Assembly: GCF_009834535.1 (NCBI RefSeq)
Contig: NC_045696.1
Location: 102,054,001-102,118,000, forward strand
Direction: 5' to 3'
Length of the DNA: 64,000 bases
Source of the DNA: Camelus ferus
Taxonomy: Eukaryota
Positions 13,426-27,197 of this stretch are shown here, piece by piece (within the stretch, counting starts at the first letter, position 1; every line of letters starts with the position of its first letter). Both the position numbers and the translations under genes were made by a program. Under the pieces are notes generated by a model that worked only from the letters and a program-made list of their open reading frames with translations, did no database searches and was not told the origin of the DNA.

Positions 13426-14914
13426 ATTCAATTCTCACCTTGAAATTCATAAAGCAGGGTCCTAAGGAATGGAATTCACGATGAAACAATTTTATAAGAG
13501 GAGAAAAGATAAGGAACATTTCGATCCATGTGATACCACCTGGGCGGGCTGAGCCAGGTGAGCTGCTGCAGAGCTGGGCCTGGGCCCCTTGCAGGAAAGC
13601 TATGCGGGGCTCAAGGGCAACAGCAGAGCCTGCCTGTCCAGATTGGGAGTGGGAACGAGCTGGGAAGGAGGGGGAGGCATTTCACCCCGTGAGGGGCTCA
13701 GCTCCAAGTGAGAGGTGCTGGTACAGCAGGGACCTGACTGAACCTGATCCAGGCCCCCTGGCACTGTGCTGCCTGCACTTTTCATTCAAAGCTCTTGATT
13801 CTATAACAAGGGCAGAAATGTTCCCTCTGTGAGGACTCTGCTGGATATGGTTTCAACAAAAACAAGGACGAATTATGCAAGGAAAACATTTTCCCCTGAG
13901 TTTCTTCTCCAAATCGAATGTGTGGGGGAGAGAAATATGTAAGGAGAACAGAAAAATGTAAGTAAACAGTGCAAATCAAACCAGTAGGCGAGCTTGCACA
14001 TCCAAAGATTGCAAGGAGGAAAAAGGAGTTATTTCAGCTTTATGTTGTTCTCTGTGAATGTTTCTTTTTGTTTTTAATGTTTTCAAGTCAGAGGCTTGTA
14101 AACGTGCCAATTCCTAAGAAATGGCCTAGGTGGGATGCACTCGCTATCTATTTTTCCTTCTTAGCTTCAGTCGTTCTTTTCTCCCTTGTTTATCTCCCTG
14201 TAACCTATTTGATCTTTAACTTCTGTGGCTTGAACTTTCCATCACCATCTGGATCCTTCTACCTTCATTGAACATGATTAGCTGCTTAATTCTTACCGCT
14301 TGAGAATGGTACATCCACATTGTGATGTGTGGACCTACTAACCCTGCCGCTGTTGATTCAACTAATCATGTTTTCTCTCTTTATCTGCAAATGGATAAGG
14401 CCACCTGTCCATAGAAGATGTGTTCTTTCTGCACTTGTTTGCCTCCTCAATACCAGTGACATAGCTCCCTAAAATGGAGAATTATGTTGGTAACTAAAAA
14501 GACTTGTCTGGAAGCAAAATTATCTTTCAAAAAACAGGGAGCATCTCAGTTCAAACTAGTATATCAGAATTCACAGACACAAATGCAGAGGGGGATGAGG
14601 CAGGGGATGTAAAAGATTGAAGCCACCTAGATGTAAGAGTAATTCAGACTGTGGCAAAGCAGAAGCAGGCAGCCACCACCCAGTTCCAGTGGGCTGTTTC
14701 CATGAGGGAGCAATGGTCCAACATTGCTAGATGTTATTTTCCAAGACAATTTCATAGTCTAAATTTTTATGTGTCATCTTTTACTATTAGCTACTAATCC
14801 TGATAATTTTCAAGACACTCAACTGCTGCTCTGTGGTAGGTGAGGAATGAAAGAGAGAAGCCATGCTGAGATAGCACTATTCATTGGAAAATGATACCAT
14901 GTGTGTAGTTTAGG

Positions 14915-15090
14915 ACCTTGCTCCTTAAAATGTGGTCCATTGACCAGCAGTATTCATATCACTGTATTCAAATCTGAATGAATTAGAATTCAGAATCTCC
15001 GGCCCTACCCCAGACCTACTGAATCAGTGTCTGCGTTTTAACCAGGTCCCTATGTGACTGGTCTGCACATCAGAATTTGAGAAGCCCTGA
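14915..15090 (+). mobile_element. MER5A1-like DNA transposon
   Basis: aaatgtggtccattgaccagcagtatt...cagaatctccggccctaccccagacctactgaatcag...tttgagaagccctg. Confidence 0.8.
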
Positions 15091-16499
15091 TATCAGTATA
15101 AGGTGATGGTTGGTGTAAGGACAACTCTGATGTTCTGGAAGGGGACTTCACCACGGTTCACCCATCCTAGGAGACACCAAAGGAGGCTTTATTAGCTCTA
15201 AAAGCTACAGACAGGCAGCTGAATGTTGTGGTTTATTTGTAGTCATCTCTCCCTCATCTCTTCCCATCCTCCTTTGCCCCTTTCCTGGTCTCACCAGTTG
15301 TGGTTGGAGAAAACAGGGCTGTTGCTCTCCATCGACCTCCCAGACATCTGAGCCAACAGCAAGAGAACCACATAAAGGGCTTTAGCAACCTCTTTCACTT
15401 TCATTCTATAATTCTCTCTCCTTTTTTTCCCTCTGCCTTTTGCACATTCCCTTACTTACCACCTCCCCCTTGGCCATCATCTTACTTGTTTTCTGTTTTG
15501 TTTTGTTTTGTTTTGCCTTAGCCTTTGTCCAACACCATTTGAGCTGACAACTTCATTCTGGTCTGATTTCCAAACCTTGACCTTGTACTCCCATAGGATG
15601 CTTCTCTGGAGTGTCCTTCCTCCTCTCACAACCACGTAACAGGAGAGACTTGCCTGAGTTCAGCATAGGCTTTTGGGCACTGGTGGCCACTTCTCCACTT
15701 GTCAGGAGTCTGGGATGAGACTCTTTAATTAATCTCTTCTTTGATGTGAGCTGATAATTAACAGGTAATACTTAATAAGAAATTAAGTAGGTGGTTTTTC
15801 TGAAAAATATTGACATTTGAGCCTTGAAGAAAAAAACGCCATTTCTCTTTTGAAAACATCTCCAGGTAACAACTGTGCCAAATCCAGCTAAGTTGCTGTA
15901 TGGTGGCTTAGCTGCAGTAACAGGAAGTGACTTACTCTTTGGGGATAAACCTCACATTATGAAAATGCATTTAATTGAAGATATCTTCTTTGACAAACAA
16001 TCTCTTTGTGAAAAGTATCCTGCCAAACAACTTTTTGATGTCATATCTCCCCCAGCTTTTCTACAACAACGAGAGGACAGCCTCTGCTGCCCTCACTTCT
16101 TGGCCTTACAGCGTGGACGTCCTTGGTGGGTGATGGCTCTGTTGGCTCTGACTGGGGCTCTTTCACTCCCACCTCGTCCCTCCTTTCTATCTTTTCTTCT
16201 TCTCCACTCTCACCAGCGCTCTCATTTGATAGATAATTATTGAGCACTTGTGTGTAAGTGTTCTAGGGATTTGGGAATGGCTACTACAGAGATGGTCCCT
16301 ACCCTCTTCCTAGGAGGAAGGACAGAGATTAGACAGTCTGCTACACAGTTACTCTTTTAATTCTATGGTGAGTGCTATGAAGAAGTATAAGCATTATTAA
16401 AAGATCTGTTAAGCAGATCTGACTCTTGCAGGAGGATCCAGAATAGTGTCCTGAAAGAGTGATGTTTGAGAACTATTTAAAAGATGTGGGCAGGGCAAA

Positions 16500-16897
16500 G
16501 AAAAACTGTAAGGATAGTCCAGTTTCCAAGGCTACTAACAGTGGGGCATCATAATCTGAGGGGGAAAAGAATGAGGTGATACTAGAACTTGAGATGAGAT
16601 CTGTGTGGACAGGACCAACTGAATGGAGTTGTGACCTTTATTGAAGAACAAAGAGCCCATATAAACCCTGAAGGGAGAGAACTGAAAGAATAAAGAATAA
16701 ATACCCCACTCTTACACTTCTCTCACACTCTGATCTCCTGCCAGTGTCCCTTTACCCCACTAACCCATTGGTCAAATCTAACCAAAATCTAGAGAATAAG
16801 GGAGCCAAGTGATAGAGCCCATACATGGTAGCCTCTTGGGGCACAGAGCAGGGTGGAAAGGATAGAGAATGGATCTGGAGAGGAATAACCACCACAA
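16500..16897 (-). mobile_element. ERVL-type solo LTR (LTR33-like) nested in an L2
   Basis: gaataaataccccactcttacac...tgatctcctgccagtgtccc...cccattggtcaaatctaacc...ggggcacagagcagggtgg...tggatctggagagg. L2-like sequence continues on both sides (~16210-16500, ~16900-17350). Subfamily recalled, not searched. Confidence 0.55.
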
Positions 16898-17737
16898 GTA
16901 TTTTGGCATTTAATCTAAGAGCAATGGGAACTCATGAAAAGATTTTGAACATGGAGATACATGGTCAGATTTGTGTTTTACAATGATTCTGGCAATACAT
17001 TGGTAGAAAGTGAGGGGATACAAGGAGACTATTTCAGCAGGCATAGGAATATCTAGAGGAGATGTAGTCTAGGCTAGATGTTGGATATATCTGAAATCAG
17101 TTCAAGAGTGAAATAGCAGTTTAGTGATGAGTTGCCTATGGGGAGGCACATGGCAAAGAGGTAGACATGTGTCTAAGATGACCTCCAGTTTTCTGAGTAG
17201 GAGATGCTGCCTTTGCTAAGAAAAGAGACTCTGGAGCAACCCCAGGGTTATGGATAAGATCTTGTGTTCAGGATTAAAGCTGCTGAGTTTAAGGTACCTA
17301 CTCATCATCTTAGAAGCCAGAACAGGAGCCTGGGTATTAGATGTGGTAGAGAGGCTGCTAGATATCCTGTTAGAGTCATCTGGGGGGAAAAAAGTGAGTT
17401 ATTCCCCAGTCTTGGGGGGAATTAAATGAGTTTTGTGAATATTCCTCCCCTCTCCTAGGAAGGTTGAGGTATTGACACAGACAAGAATAACTTCACGTAT
17501 TTTCATTTTAATCTCAGAGTAAGCATTTGTGAAGAAGCTACTGTCAAGTTAGGAAAAGAGTGCTGATTAACAAAAGCAGTTCCTGGTGCCAGACTTTGGG
17601 TCCTGTCAAACTTGTCTTTATTTTGACTTTGATAACTGACTAAATGCTAGAAAATATTGTGAATTACAGAGTTTCCCATCTTCTGCTCTTGGTCTTTGCT
17701 TTTATTGAAAAAAATAAATTTTTTTTCAGATTTTATA

Positions 17738-18300
17738 AAATCATAAAGTTTGAATTTGAAACTACCTTAAAATGTATTTAGTTCTACCTCCCAAGTTCAC
17801 TCCTCAAGTATGCCTTCATCTTTTTTCATATAATAAACTAGTATCCTTTTAGTAGAATACTTAAGGAATGCTTAAATGCCTCCAGGGAAGGAAATTCACT
17901 ACCTCCCACAATAGTGCATTTCTACCTCATTCTTTGAATAGTTGTTCAATAAGCTGATTTGACTCTTTGTAATGTCCACCCCCCTCCCACCATTTTTTCC
18001 CTGATTTTCTGGAGGAACACAGATTAAGTTCTCTTTCTTACTTCTTATGATCACCTTCCTGTTCTAAACTCTGGATGCCACATTGCTTCTTGGCCTTCTT
18101 CAGGTAGCAAACCCAGCTCTACATCTCTTGCCCATTTAACATGTTTCTGACCCCTCAGTGTCTTAAGAGGCATTTTCCAGTGGGGTATTTTGAATAAGAA
18201 AATATTTTAGCTGAGATCTGAACAATGTTGAATACAGTGAAATTAGTATGTCTCAAGACCTACACAAATATACATCCATTGATACAATATCTTTTCCCTC
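17738..18300 (-). mobile_element. L3/CR1 LINE remnant
   Basis: aatcataaagtttgaatttgaaactaccttaaaatgtatttagttcta...tgcttaaatgcctccagggaaggaaattcactacctccca resembles the L3 3' end in reverse. Confidence 0.55.
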
Positions 18301-19080
18301 CACTACTTTTGCCATACATCTGTCCTCTCTTATTATCTTCTCTTGTCAAGTCACTAGGCTTTGGGAATTTTGTGATATTTGTTTGATTATTTTCATTATG
18401 TGGATGACCAAACCTATTAAGCTATTTGTGGCTTCTTGGCAAGCCTCCCTTCACCATCTTCTGCTTGGCTACTTGCCTGTTTTCTTCAGGGCACCTGAAA
18501 TTGGATGTGGTGGTGTCAGCAGAGGTAGGCTCTCTGATGTGTGCTGGGCTGACAACACTAGATCTGGTATTAAGAAACATTGAAAGGAGTATTCTCTTTG
18601 CCAACGAGTTCTTAGCAACTTTCTATTGCAAAATTAGATGAAAATGTATGTTTCTATGTTTAAAACAACCTATTAAAAGCTTCTCTTGGTAGCTCCAAAT
18701 CTGTGCCTCCTGGTTTGCTGATTCTCTGAGGGACATGTTAGTGCTAAGTGGCCTTTTGTGTTTCCTGACAAAAGTGATAGCTGGAAGAACTAAAGAATCC
18801 CTTGGATCATTCAGCAGTGGTTCTCTAGTAATAACACAAAAGGAGGACTATTATATCTATTTTATGGACAAGGAAACTGAGGAGAAGATGAGATAGATAA
18901 CTTGCCTAGTATCAAAGAGCTAGAAAGTGGCAGAGGCATTTACCATAACTGATTTCAACAGTCTGTTTACTTCTCTACATACCTGAGTAGAATGCCCATT
19001 ATTTTTTTTTCCATTTTATGCCCAGCACCTACAGGGTGCTGAGTATATAGTAGGTGCTCAATTAAAAGTGTATTGTATGA

Positions 19081-19839
19081 ATGATAAATGCTGGAGACGG
19101 TGTGGAGAAAAGGGAACCCTCTTACACTGTTGGTGAGAATGCAGTTTGGTGCAGCCATTGTGGAAAACAGTATGGATATTCCTCAAAAGACTGAAACTAG
19201 ACTTACCATATGAGCTAGTAATCCCACTCCTGGGCATATATCAGAGGGAACCTTAATTCAAAAAGGCACCTGCACTCCAGTGTTCATAGCAGCACTATTT
19301 ACAATAGCCAAGACATGGAAACAACCTAAATGTCCATCGATGGATGACTGGATAAAAAAGTTGTGGTATGTTTATACAATGGAATACTACTCAGCCATAA
19401 AAAATAATAAAATAATGCCATTTGCAGCAACATGATGCCCCTGGAAATTGTCATTAGATTGTCATTCCAAGTGAAGTAAGCCAGAAAGAGGAAGAAAAGT
19501 ACCGTATGATATCACTCATTGAAAAAAAAAACAACAAATGAACTTATTTATAAAATAGAAACAGACTCACAGACATAGAAAACAAACTTACGGTTACCAG
19601 GGGAGAAGTGGGTGAGAAGGGGTAGGTTGGGAGTTTGAGATTTGCAGGTACTGACTGGTATATATAAAATAGATAAACAAGTTTATACTGTATAGCACAG
19701 GGAACTATATTCGATATCTTGTAGTAGCTTACAGTGAAAAAGAATATGAAAACAAACATATGTATATTCATGTATGACTGTGCTGTACACCAGAAATTGA
19801 CACAACATTGTAAACTGACTATACTTCAATTTAAAAAAC
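19081..19839 (+). mobile_element. 5'-truncated L1 with TSD, inserted in an L2 3' end
   Basis: ORF2 C-terminal sequence (gataaatgctggagacggtgtggagaaaagggaaccc...), 3' UTR and A-tail. TSD agtgtattgtatga (19067-19080) / agtgcattgtatga (19840-19853), next to a tt|aaaa endonuclease-type site. Confidence 0.93.
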
Positions 19840-22454
19840 AGTGCATTGTATGACTTCACATATAAACTTGATTCTTACCTCTCTCTCTGAAACTCACTTT
19901 TATAAAGAAGAAGACACTTGTTCCTTCTATGTTGTGGTTTTAGAGATTACACTTGGTAATAACAGATGTTTTATTCTCCAGAGGAATGGAGTTGTTAAGA
20001 AATCAAATCATTAACTCTTAATTCATCCATTTACTTGGATGAATCATCTGTAGTTGGTTCAAACCACCATGTTATGTCTTACTGCTAAAATTCAACTCAA
20101 ATCACATGGGAGTATGCCAAACTGTCTACCCTTCAGTTCAGTGCCTAATAGTGTAAAGCCAGTCCATTTGTCAAGTGGATGGGGGTTAGTTGACAGTAAG
20201 TAGGGGCACAGATGAAGAGTAAGTTCTATCAATTGTCTGGTGTTGTATAGACCAGATAACTGGGTGATTTGTCAGAAATGTTCTCATAGATTGTGCAGGC
20301 TGGCCTAATGTAGATCTAGCCCTGGAGTCTGGTCAGTTAATATTATGACAGGGACACTTGGGAGTAGCAAGATTTAGCAAACCAAATGATCTTTTTTCAG
20401 CAAATGCTTGTGCTGCTGGAGTGATGGGAAGCAGCAGCAGTGATCTCAAAGCTCAGGCTCTGTAAAGGAATACTTAATTACCTTATGGGATTAAATATTT
20501 TATTGTTTTCTTGTTCTCTAAATCACTTTGGTGATTTCTTCTATATTTGATTAGTTGGTAAACTCTGTTATTAGAAGAAAAACCCATGAGAACAATGTCT
20601 CTGGGCTCTGAAAGGTGATTTGAAATATTGCGAAAGAAATTCACTTTATAACTACAAAGGAATTTCAAGTAAGAAGTTGTATTACATGCATCATAAGCAA
20701 AACAGGCCATTTTGAATCTCTCCATTCTAGATCAAAAAGTTTTCAAAAATATATTGACATGGTTGAAAAAGGAAGAATCAGGCCAAGGAATTAATGTTTG
20801 ATTTTCATCACTCATAAGATAAATGGTTCATTTTATCTTGTCACCAATAATGGTAATATATTTTAAAGCCATCAATCAAACAGTAAATAGTGTAACATCT
20901 TACACTGAGCTAAATATGTCTTAAACATCTACATTATTTATGAGCTTGCTGCTTGCTGGAAAATTGATCTGATTGGGGAAAAATCCAGAGAGTTGCATTT
21001 TCTTGCTATTTACATTCGATTACAACCAGCAGTTGGCTTTAGGGTTCCAAATGGTACAGCTGAAGAACATAAATATGCTTTAGGGAATATGAAAAGAGAT
21101 GGGAAGTTTTCTGGGAATAGTAAATTAGGCAAATTATATTCAAATCACAGGCTTTATTCCCTTTGCTGAAATCCCAGGCAGCAGATCATCTGTGGAATCT
21201 GCCAGTTCTAGTGAAATCTCTTTAGGAGAAAACTGGCATTCCAGTCCTATCTCCTCTACCAACCAGGTTCAGTGTGACTTTGACCAAGTCATTAACCTGG
21301 GTGGGTCGTGGTTTTTATGTTTTTAAATAGAGATTCTGCGTTGAATAACTTTTAAGTTTTTTTTTTTTTTTCCTGGTCTAAGCAACTGTTTCCAAGGGGT
21401 TTCAATTTCGCACCTTTGGGAAAATAGTGGAACAAAGGCTGTGAAGTGGTGCATAGGCCTCTAAGCTCCTTGTGGCAGTTACTTCATCTGTGAAAAGAGA
21501 ATGATGGACTTTTATTTCATCCATCTCCTGGGAAGGGTGAGAGCAGATGAGGCAACAGTCACGCACATGTGTTTAAAGGTGAAAAGGAATGGCCAGGGCC
21601 TGACTGTGCGGGGCATCAGGTCGTCTGTTACTGCTTTAGCCTGAATGAATTTCATAGTTGGAGATATTTTGTCCAAGCTTCCTTACTTGTTATTGATCAA
21701 AGATTATATGTGTGTGTGTGTGTATACATACGTCTACATATTTATGTATATGTGTGTGTGTGCATGTGTAATACACACATACGTATTTGTACTACTAATC
21801 AGAGTTTCTGATTTGATATAGTTCAGCCCAAAGCAAAGAAACCTGTTATTTCATTTAATAGTCACAGTATTCCTTTAACAAACCTGTAAATTTCTGCTAG
21901 GATTGACAAAAAAAAAAAAAAAAAAACATTTAGAAAGAAAAGCTTGAGGATTCCTTTTACCACTTTTGAAAACTCAGTAGAACTTTGCAGTGACCAGCCT
22001 CAGATGTGATGAGACCAAAGCAGTCATCCAGCTCTTTCCCTGTGTCAGTGAAGGGCGGGTCTCTACCTAGGAAAGAAGTCTCCATGGAGCTGTAGATCAA
22101 AGGCATAATGGAAGTCTGTTAAATTTTACATTTTAGTGGGAGAGACATTCTTTCACTTCCCCTTCCCCACCTCTTTTTAAATTTTCTTCTACAAGAAGCT
22201 CCAAATTGAAAACTAGAATCCTTACATGCTATTCAATAATCCTCACCACTCAGTCACAAATCAGCAGGGAGACGAAGTCACCAAGCCGTGGGTTATTAGG
22301 TGCTTATCTGCATGTGAACCTGTATTAATTACATCTCAGGCAAGCTCTATTTGTGAATTCAAAGTGCTGCCCCCTTAAGGAACTTACCATCAGGGCTAGA
22401 ATGTACACAAGTGGCTGAGCGATTTTGCTTAGTTAGCAGCCTCCTCATTTAGAG

Positions 22455-22775
22455 TCTCCTACTCAGGGTGTGGCATGGGACCAGCAGCATTGGCACCTGG
22501 GAGCTCATTAGAAATGCAGAATCTCAGGCCCATTTCAGACCTGCTGATCCTCAGGTGATTGGTCTGGACATTACAGACATGATGTGGTGATTTAGAACCC
22601 TTGTTCTAGATCCTGGCTACATATTGGACTAATGGAAAAACTTAAAAAAAATACTGATGTCTGGGTCCCATCTACAGAGATTCTGACTCACTTGGTCTGG
22701 GATGTAGCCTGGGCATCATGATTTTCATAGCTCCCCATGCAATTCTGATATGCAGCAGAATTTGAAAACCACTGA
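22455..22775. mobile_element. Two adjacent MER5-family elements (MER5A-like and MER5B-like)
   Basis: ggaccagcagcattggcacctgggagctcattagaaatgcagaatctcaggcc, then aaaaatactgatgtctgggtcccatctacagagattctga...tttgaaaaccactg. Confidence 0.75.
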
Positions 22776-24405
22776 ATTAGACTATATAGCAATTCATAGC
22801 GGAAAAATCCATCACCTCATGTGTTGCTTTGGTGGCCCTTGTTACTCCTTAGTGACCACCTCCTTTTCCTCCTTCTCCTATCACAACTCATGTCTCACCC
22901 CATTGGCCCTTCAAGAAAGATTCACCTCCAATGCTTTCTTCCCCCACACCATATTTCTCCTTTCCTCCCCTCAACCCCATACCACTTTATCTTTAGGTTT
23001 CTTCCAAACTGCTTATTTCTCACGTAGTAGTCCAGTTATTTATACGTGTTGCTTATCCCTTCTCCTAAGCTATGAGCTCCTAAAAGACATAAGCCACATC
23101 ACGTTTATCTTAGCATCTAGCTAGGCTGGGTAGTATGCAGAGGGGAACAGAGAGGGCAGAAGGCAGCACAGCCCAGAGGTGCCATCTCTCTTTACATTGG
23201 TCAGATAAGATGGACACACAAAGAATGCATGAGTGGAATTTAATATCTGGATGAAATAAAGGCGAGAGCTGTGTTAACCACGTCAGAGGATGGACAGTGG
23301 TGATACAAGTTGAAAGAGGGGTGGAGACAAGAAAGCAGTGAATATATCCAGTAAGCACTAACATGGGGTTCTGAAGGGAGAAGGCAGGATCCCCAGGCTG
23401 TAGAGAGAGGAGCAGAGCTATGATTACTCATGCATTCCAGAATGCTGGCTCAGACTGACAAGCTCTGCAAGGGAGGTTGTCGTTTGGGGTGCAGGATGCC
23501 TTTGGTGAGTGTGACTGAGTCCTACACTGCCTTCGTTGCTCCTCTCAGTCTTCCCAGAAGCAATCCCTTCACCCCTGAATGAGCCAGCGTGCTCCCAGAA
23601 AGTGGATATAAGTAGACACGCAATAGGATGCCTGGTTAAGTTCAATACTGTGCTTAGTTCACCTTTCAGTAGATCTGAACCTCCTACTGCATTTCAGCAT
23701 CGCCACTTACGCCCGTTCCATATTCATGCTTGGGATTTATATCACATTTCCTTTAACAGCTGTGAAGCACTTAACAGGAGGGAGGCTTGATTCGCTGCAG
23801 ACAGCTACACAGATTGCTGGAGGGCCTCCAGGGGAGGCCCAAGAAGGTGGTGAGTTGATAGTCCAGTGGTCAGTAGAGTATGTGGGGAAATGGACTCATT
23901 TAACTTTGTTCCAAGGGTCTCAAGATCCCAGAGCCCTAGACCCCAGCCATGGTTAAAGAATAGTGTATTTCATCACAACCTCCTCTCTGCAGCCTCTCTA
24001 TTTTTGAAAAACAAACAAACAAAAAACATGGTGACCATGTGTTCTTCTAGGCCCATAGAAAGTCTGATATAGAACTGGCTTAAAGGGAAAATCATGGAAG
24101 GCATGGCACTTTCCATATCCTCTTATAGCCAAATTTGATGCCTAAAAGCAAGGTCTTCTAGGCCATTCCTAACCCTCAAAAAGCTGATCTTATTATGTAT
24201 CATTTCAAAAACATTCTACCAGAAAAAAATAATATAGTAATTGACTTTTTAAATTTGGAAAGCCAAGGCAAAGATATCATAAATTTTCTACTTAGTGTCC
24301 AATAGTAAAATATAGAAAGGAACGTGTATTTAAATCTCATTTCTATCATTTGCTGGATTTCCTTGTCTGTAAAATAGGATTCATGATAGCTGCTCAACTA
24401 ACTGG

Positions 24406-24429
24406 TGTGTGTGTGTGTGTGTGTGTGTG
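24406..24429. repeat. (TG)n microsatellite
   Basis: Perfect TG run of about 12 units. Confidence 0.9.
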
Positions 24430-24538
24430 ATTCAAAAAATATATAAAATGCATTAACATAGGGCCTGATACAGAGTAGAACTCAACAAATGTTAAAATGT
24501 TCATTCCCTTCCCCATCCCCCCATTTTTATTCCTATTA

Positions 24539-24632
24539 ATTTTTTTTTAGTGACGGTGCTGGGGATTGAACCCTGGGACTTCATGCATGGTAAGCATGCA
24601 TGCATGTACCACTAAGCTATACCTCCTCCTCC
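24539..24632 (-). mobile_element. tRNA-Ala(AGC)-derived SINE (camelid Vic-1-like), short form
   Basis: Minus strand reads ggaggtatagcttagtggtacatgcatgcatgcttaccatgcatgaagtcccagggttcaatccccagcaccgtcac-A(n), with A-box TAGCTTAGTGG and B-box GGTTCAATCCC. Perfect 12-bp TSD ttattcctatta at 24527-24538 and 24633-24644. Confidence 0.85.
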
Positions 24633-26149
24633 TTATTCCTATTACTGTTATTCCTTCTTAAAATCTCAGAGCCAGAGAGCCCACTACCCAATGACAGATT
24701 AAGTGTCTTGAGAAGAATTAAGGTTTCATGATGTTGGTAGCTAAGAAAAAAGTAGAGGACATGGATAGAGAGAACTGTGGAGGTGCAGTTGTCTTGGTGA
24801 TGGCTGTTGCAAACAAAAATTTTTGAGTGGTCAAATGTCCTGGCATAGAATTTCCCAACCTCAACACACACATTTGTGCCCTTGACAATGAACCCTCCCT
24901 CATTTCTCCCCTTCCTCCTACCCCATCCCATTCTCTAAACAGCCTCCTTTATACTTTTAGGGACAGAAAAGTTGGATGCAACCTTTCTCTTCCTCTAAAG
25001 ACTGTCTCTCTCTACCCCTTTCAGAGGAGAGAGGATAAAGGGCAGGCAGTGTGCAGTCTTCCTGGTTCCTTGTGCAAGATATCTGATACAGGAACTGGGC
25101 AGGGGCTCACTTCTCACCATAGCCAAGCTGAATGGGGCTTCACCTGATACCCTATTTTCTGTTAACATGCCCACAAGCCACCCAATTGATTCCTTCATCC
25201 TCTTCTCCCCAACTTTCAATAAAACAGAAGGAACAAAGTCTTCAGACTGGTGGGAAAAATAGAATGGGCCAAAGAGGTCGCCTAGTTTGTGAAATCTTAA
25301 CACCTGATTCAGTAACAAAAGCCTTCTTGGGGCAACAACTCCCCATACTGGGTGCCAAGGTAAAAGCCATATGTACAGCCACAGCTCAGTCAGGACAGGC
25401 CTTTCCCTGTCATCTCTGCAGTGAGTGGCAGATGGCAAATGATTCCCCGGATTGCTAAAGGAAAGGTTTTGATTCTTTGCCCATTGGGTTTTGTACTGAG
25501 TCAAAAAGAAACCACCTTCAGTGGGAACGGTTTTGCATTTTAGGGGAAAAAATCAGTAGTTTGGGCATCACGCATTTAGATGAGACATTGCTGGCAGTCT
25601 CCTAACTTAAATGTGTATTTCAGATTCAGCAAATATGCCACCTTCCTCTCAAAGCCTTTCCTGAGTCCCCAAGTAAAGAGAGCTCCTCTGTGAACTCAGT
25701 GCACTTGATCTGTACCTCTCCTGGGACACTTAGCACCTTCTACCACACATTCTGCTTTTGTGTGTGACTTGTCTCTCCTTCCTGAAGATGAAAATTATGC
25801 CTCACTTATCTCTGCATTTCTTGTGGGACTTAGTAAAGGCTTTTATGACAGTAAATACTGTATGTATTTACTATTATATATATGTATGTGTTTATATATG
25901 TGTGTGTTTATATATATATACAGTAAGAAACAATGAAAAAATAAGAGACTCATCTCTTTGACACCTGTAGGAGCTGATGGTTCTATAGACCCTCTAAAGT
26001 CCATACAATTTCACCCAAATTCATATTTACCACCTTGTGCCACTACTCTTGACGAAGCAGAATTATTATTTTGTAACTCCTGTTTGTGAGCAGCCATGAG
26101 ATGTGAGCTTCTTCACAAATTCTTCCTTATGTCTCTAAGATTGACTTAA

Positions 26150-26910
26150 ATCTCACCCCAGTCCCCTTTCATAAGCCAAACTCCTTGGAAGGATGGGTAT
26201 GTTGCCTGTCTCAATTTCCTCATTTTCTGTGAGCCCTTCAACCCATTCTAATCCCACTTTAGCTTCCACAATCCTAATAACACCAAGTAAAATGCCCTCC
26301 TTGGCAGCATTCATCCCTATTTATCATACCCTCCTTCTTGAAACACTCTTCTCTGGACTCCTGAGACTCTCCACTAGATTACACTCATGTCTCTGTTGAC
26401 TGATTCTTGATGTCCTCTGCTCCGCATCATCTCCACCTCGTCTTCAAATGCTGAACGCCAGCGTTCCCAGGCCTCAGCCATGGGCCCTCTTCCACTTTAT
26501 GTTCTCATCACACTTTCATCCATATCCAAGGCTGCAGTAACATACACCACACCGTTCTGCTCTCAAATCTATCCCTTGGGCAACCCCGTCATTAAGTCTA
26601 ACTCTGAATACCTAACAGGCTCACCAACTCCTCAACCTCAACATTTCTAAAATTGAACGTGTGATCTTTCCTATAAAATATAGTCTCCCTTTAACGTTCC
26701 ACAGCTGATCAAAGTGTGCACATGTGCAATCTGTACTTCTCTCCATAGGACTTAGCCACGATATTGATAAAATTATAAATTAGTTATTAAACATCTGGCT
26801 CCCCAATAATATATAAGCTCCCTGAGGGAAAGAATTATGTCTATGAGTACTTATTTGTTGAAGAATGACTTAATGAACAAATTAATGAATGCATCAGTGA
26901 ATGAATGTGT
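26150..26910 (+). mobile_element. L2 LINE 3' region
   Basis: ctccttcttgaaacactcttctctgg...ctctcaaatctatccc...ctcaacatttctaaaattgaac...aagctccctgaggg...ttatttgttgaagaatga tail. Confidence 0.6.
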
Positions 26911-26959
26911 CTAGAAGGCCTTCCCAATCCCATCCATCCCAACATTAATAAATTATGAG

Positions 26960-27197
26960 TTCTCTCATAGAAAAGGAGAACAGATTGGTGGTTGCCAGAG
27001 GCACAGGGTGAGGTAAGGTGGGAGAATTGAGTGAAGATAGTCAAAGAGTGCAAACTTCTAGTTATAATATGAATAAATTCTGGGGATGTAATGTACATCA
27101 TAGTGACTATAGTTCATACTTCCTTGTATATTTGAAAGTTGCTAGGAGGTAGATCTTAAAATTTCTTACCACACAAGTGTCCCAGAAAAAAAAAAAG
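26960..27197 (+). mobile_element. Old L1 (L1MA9/10-like) 3' UTR fragment
   Basis: gaacagattggtggttgccagagg...aaacttctagttataatatgaataaattctggggatgtaatgtacatcatagtgactatagtt...gtagatcttaaaatttcttaccacac. Confidence 0.8.

Noticed and set aside
15920..15929. Perfect ETS motif acaggaagtg
   Set aside because: An isolated 10-mer without supporting context cannot be called regulatory.
24995..25504. Longest ORF in the track (169 aa, minus strand)
   Set aside because: Non-ATG start, no recognisable domain and no supporting gene structure. Such a length is plausible by chance in 64 kb.
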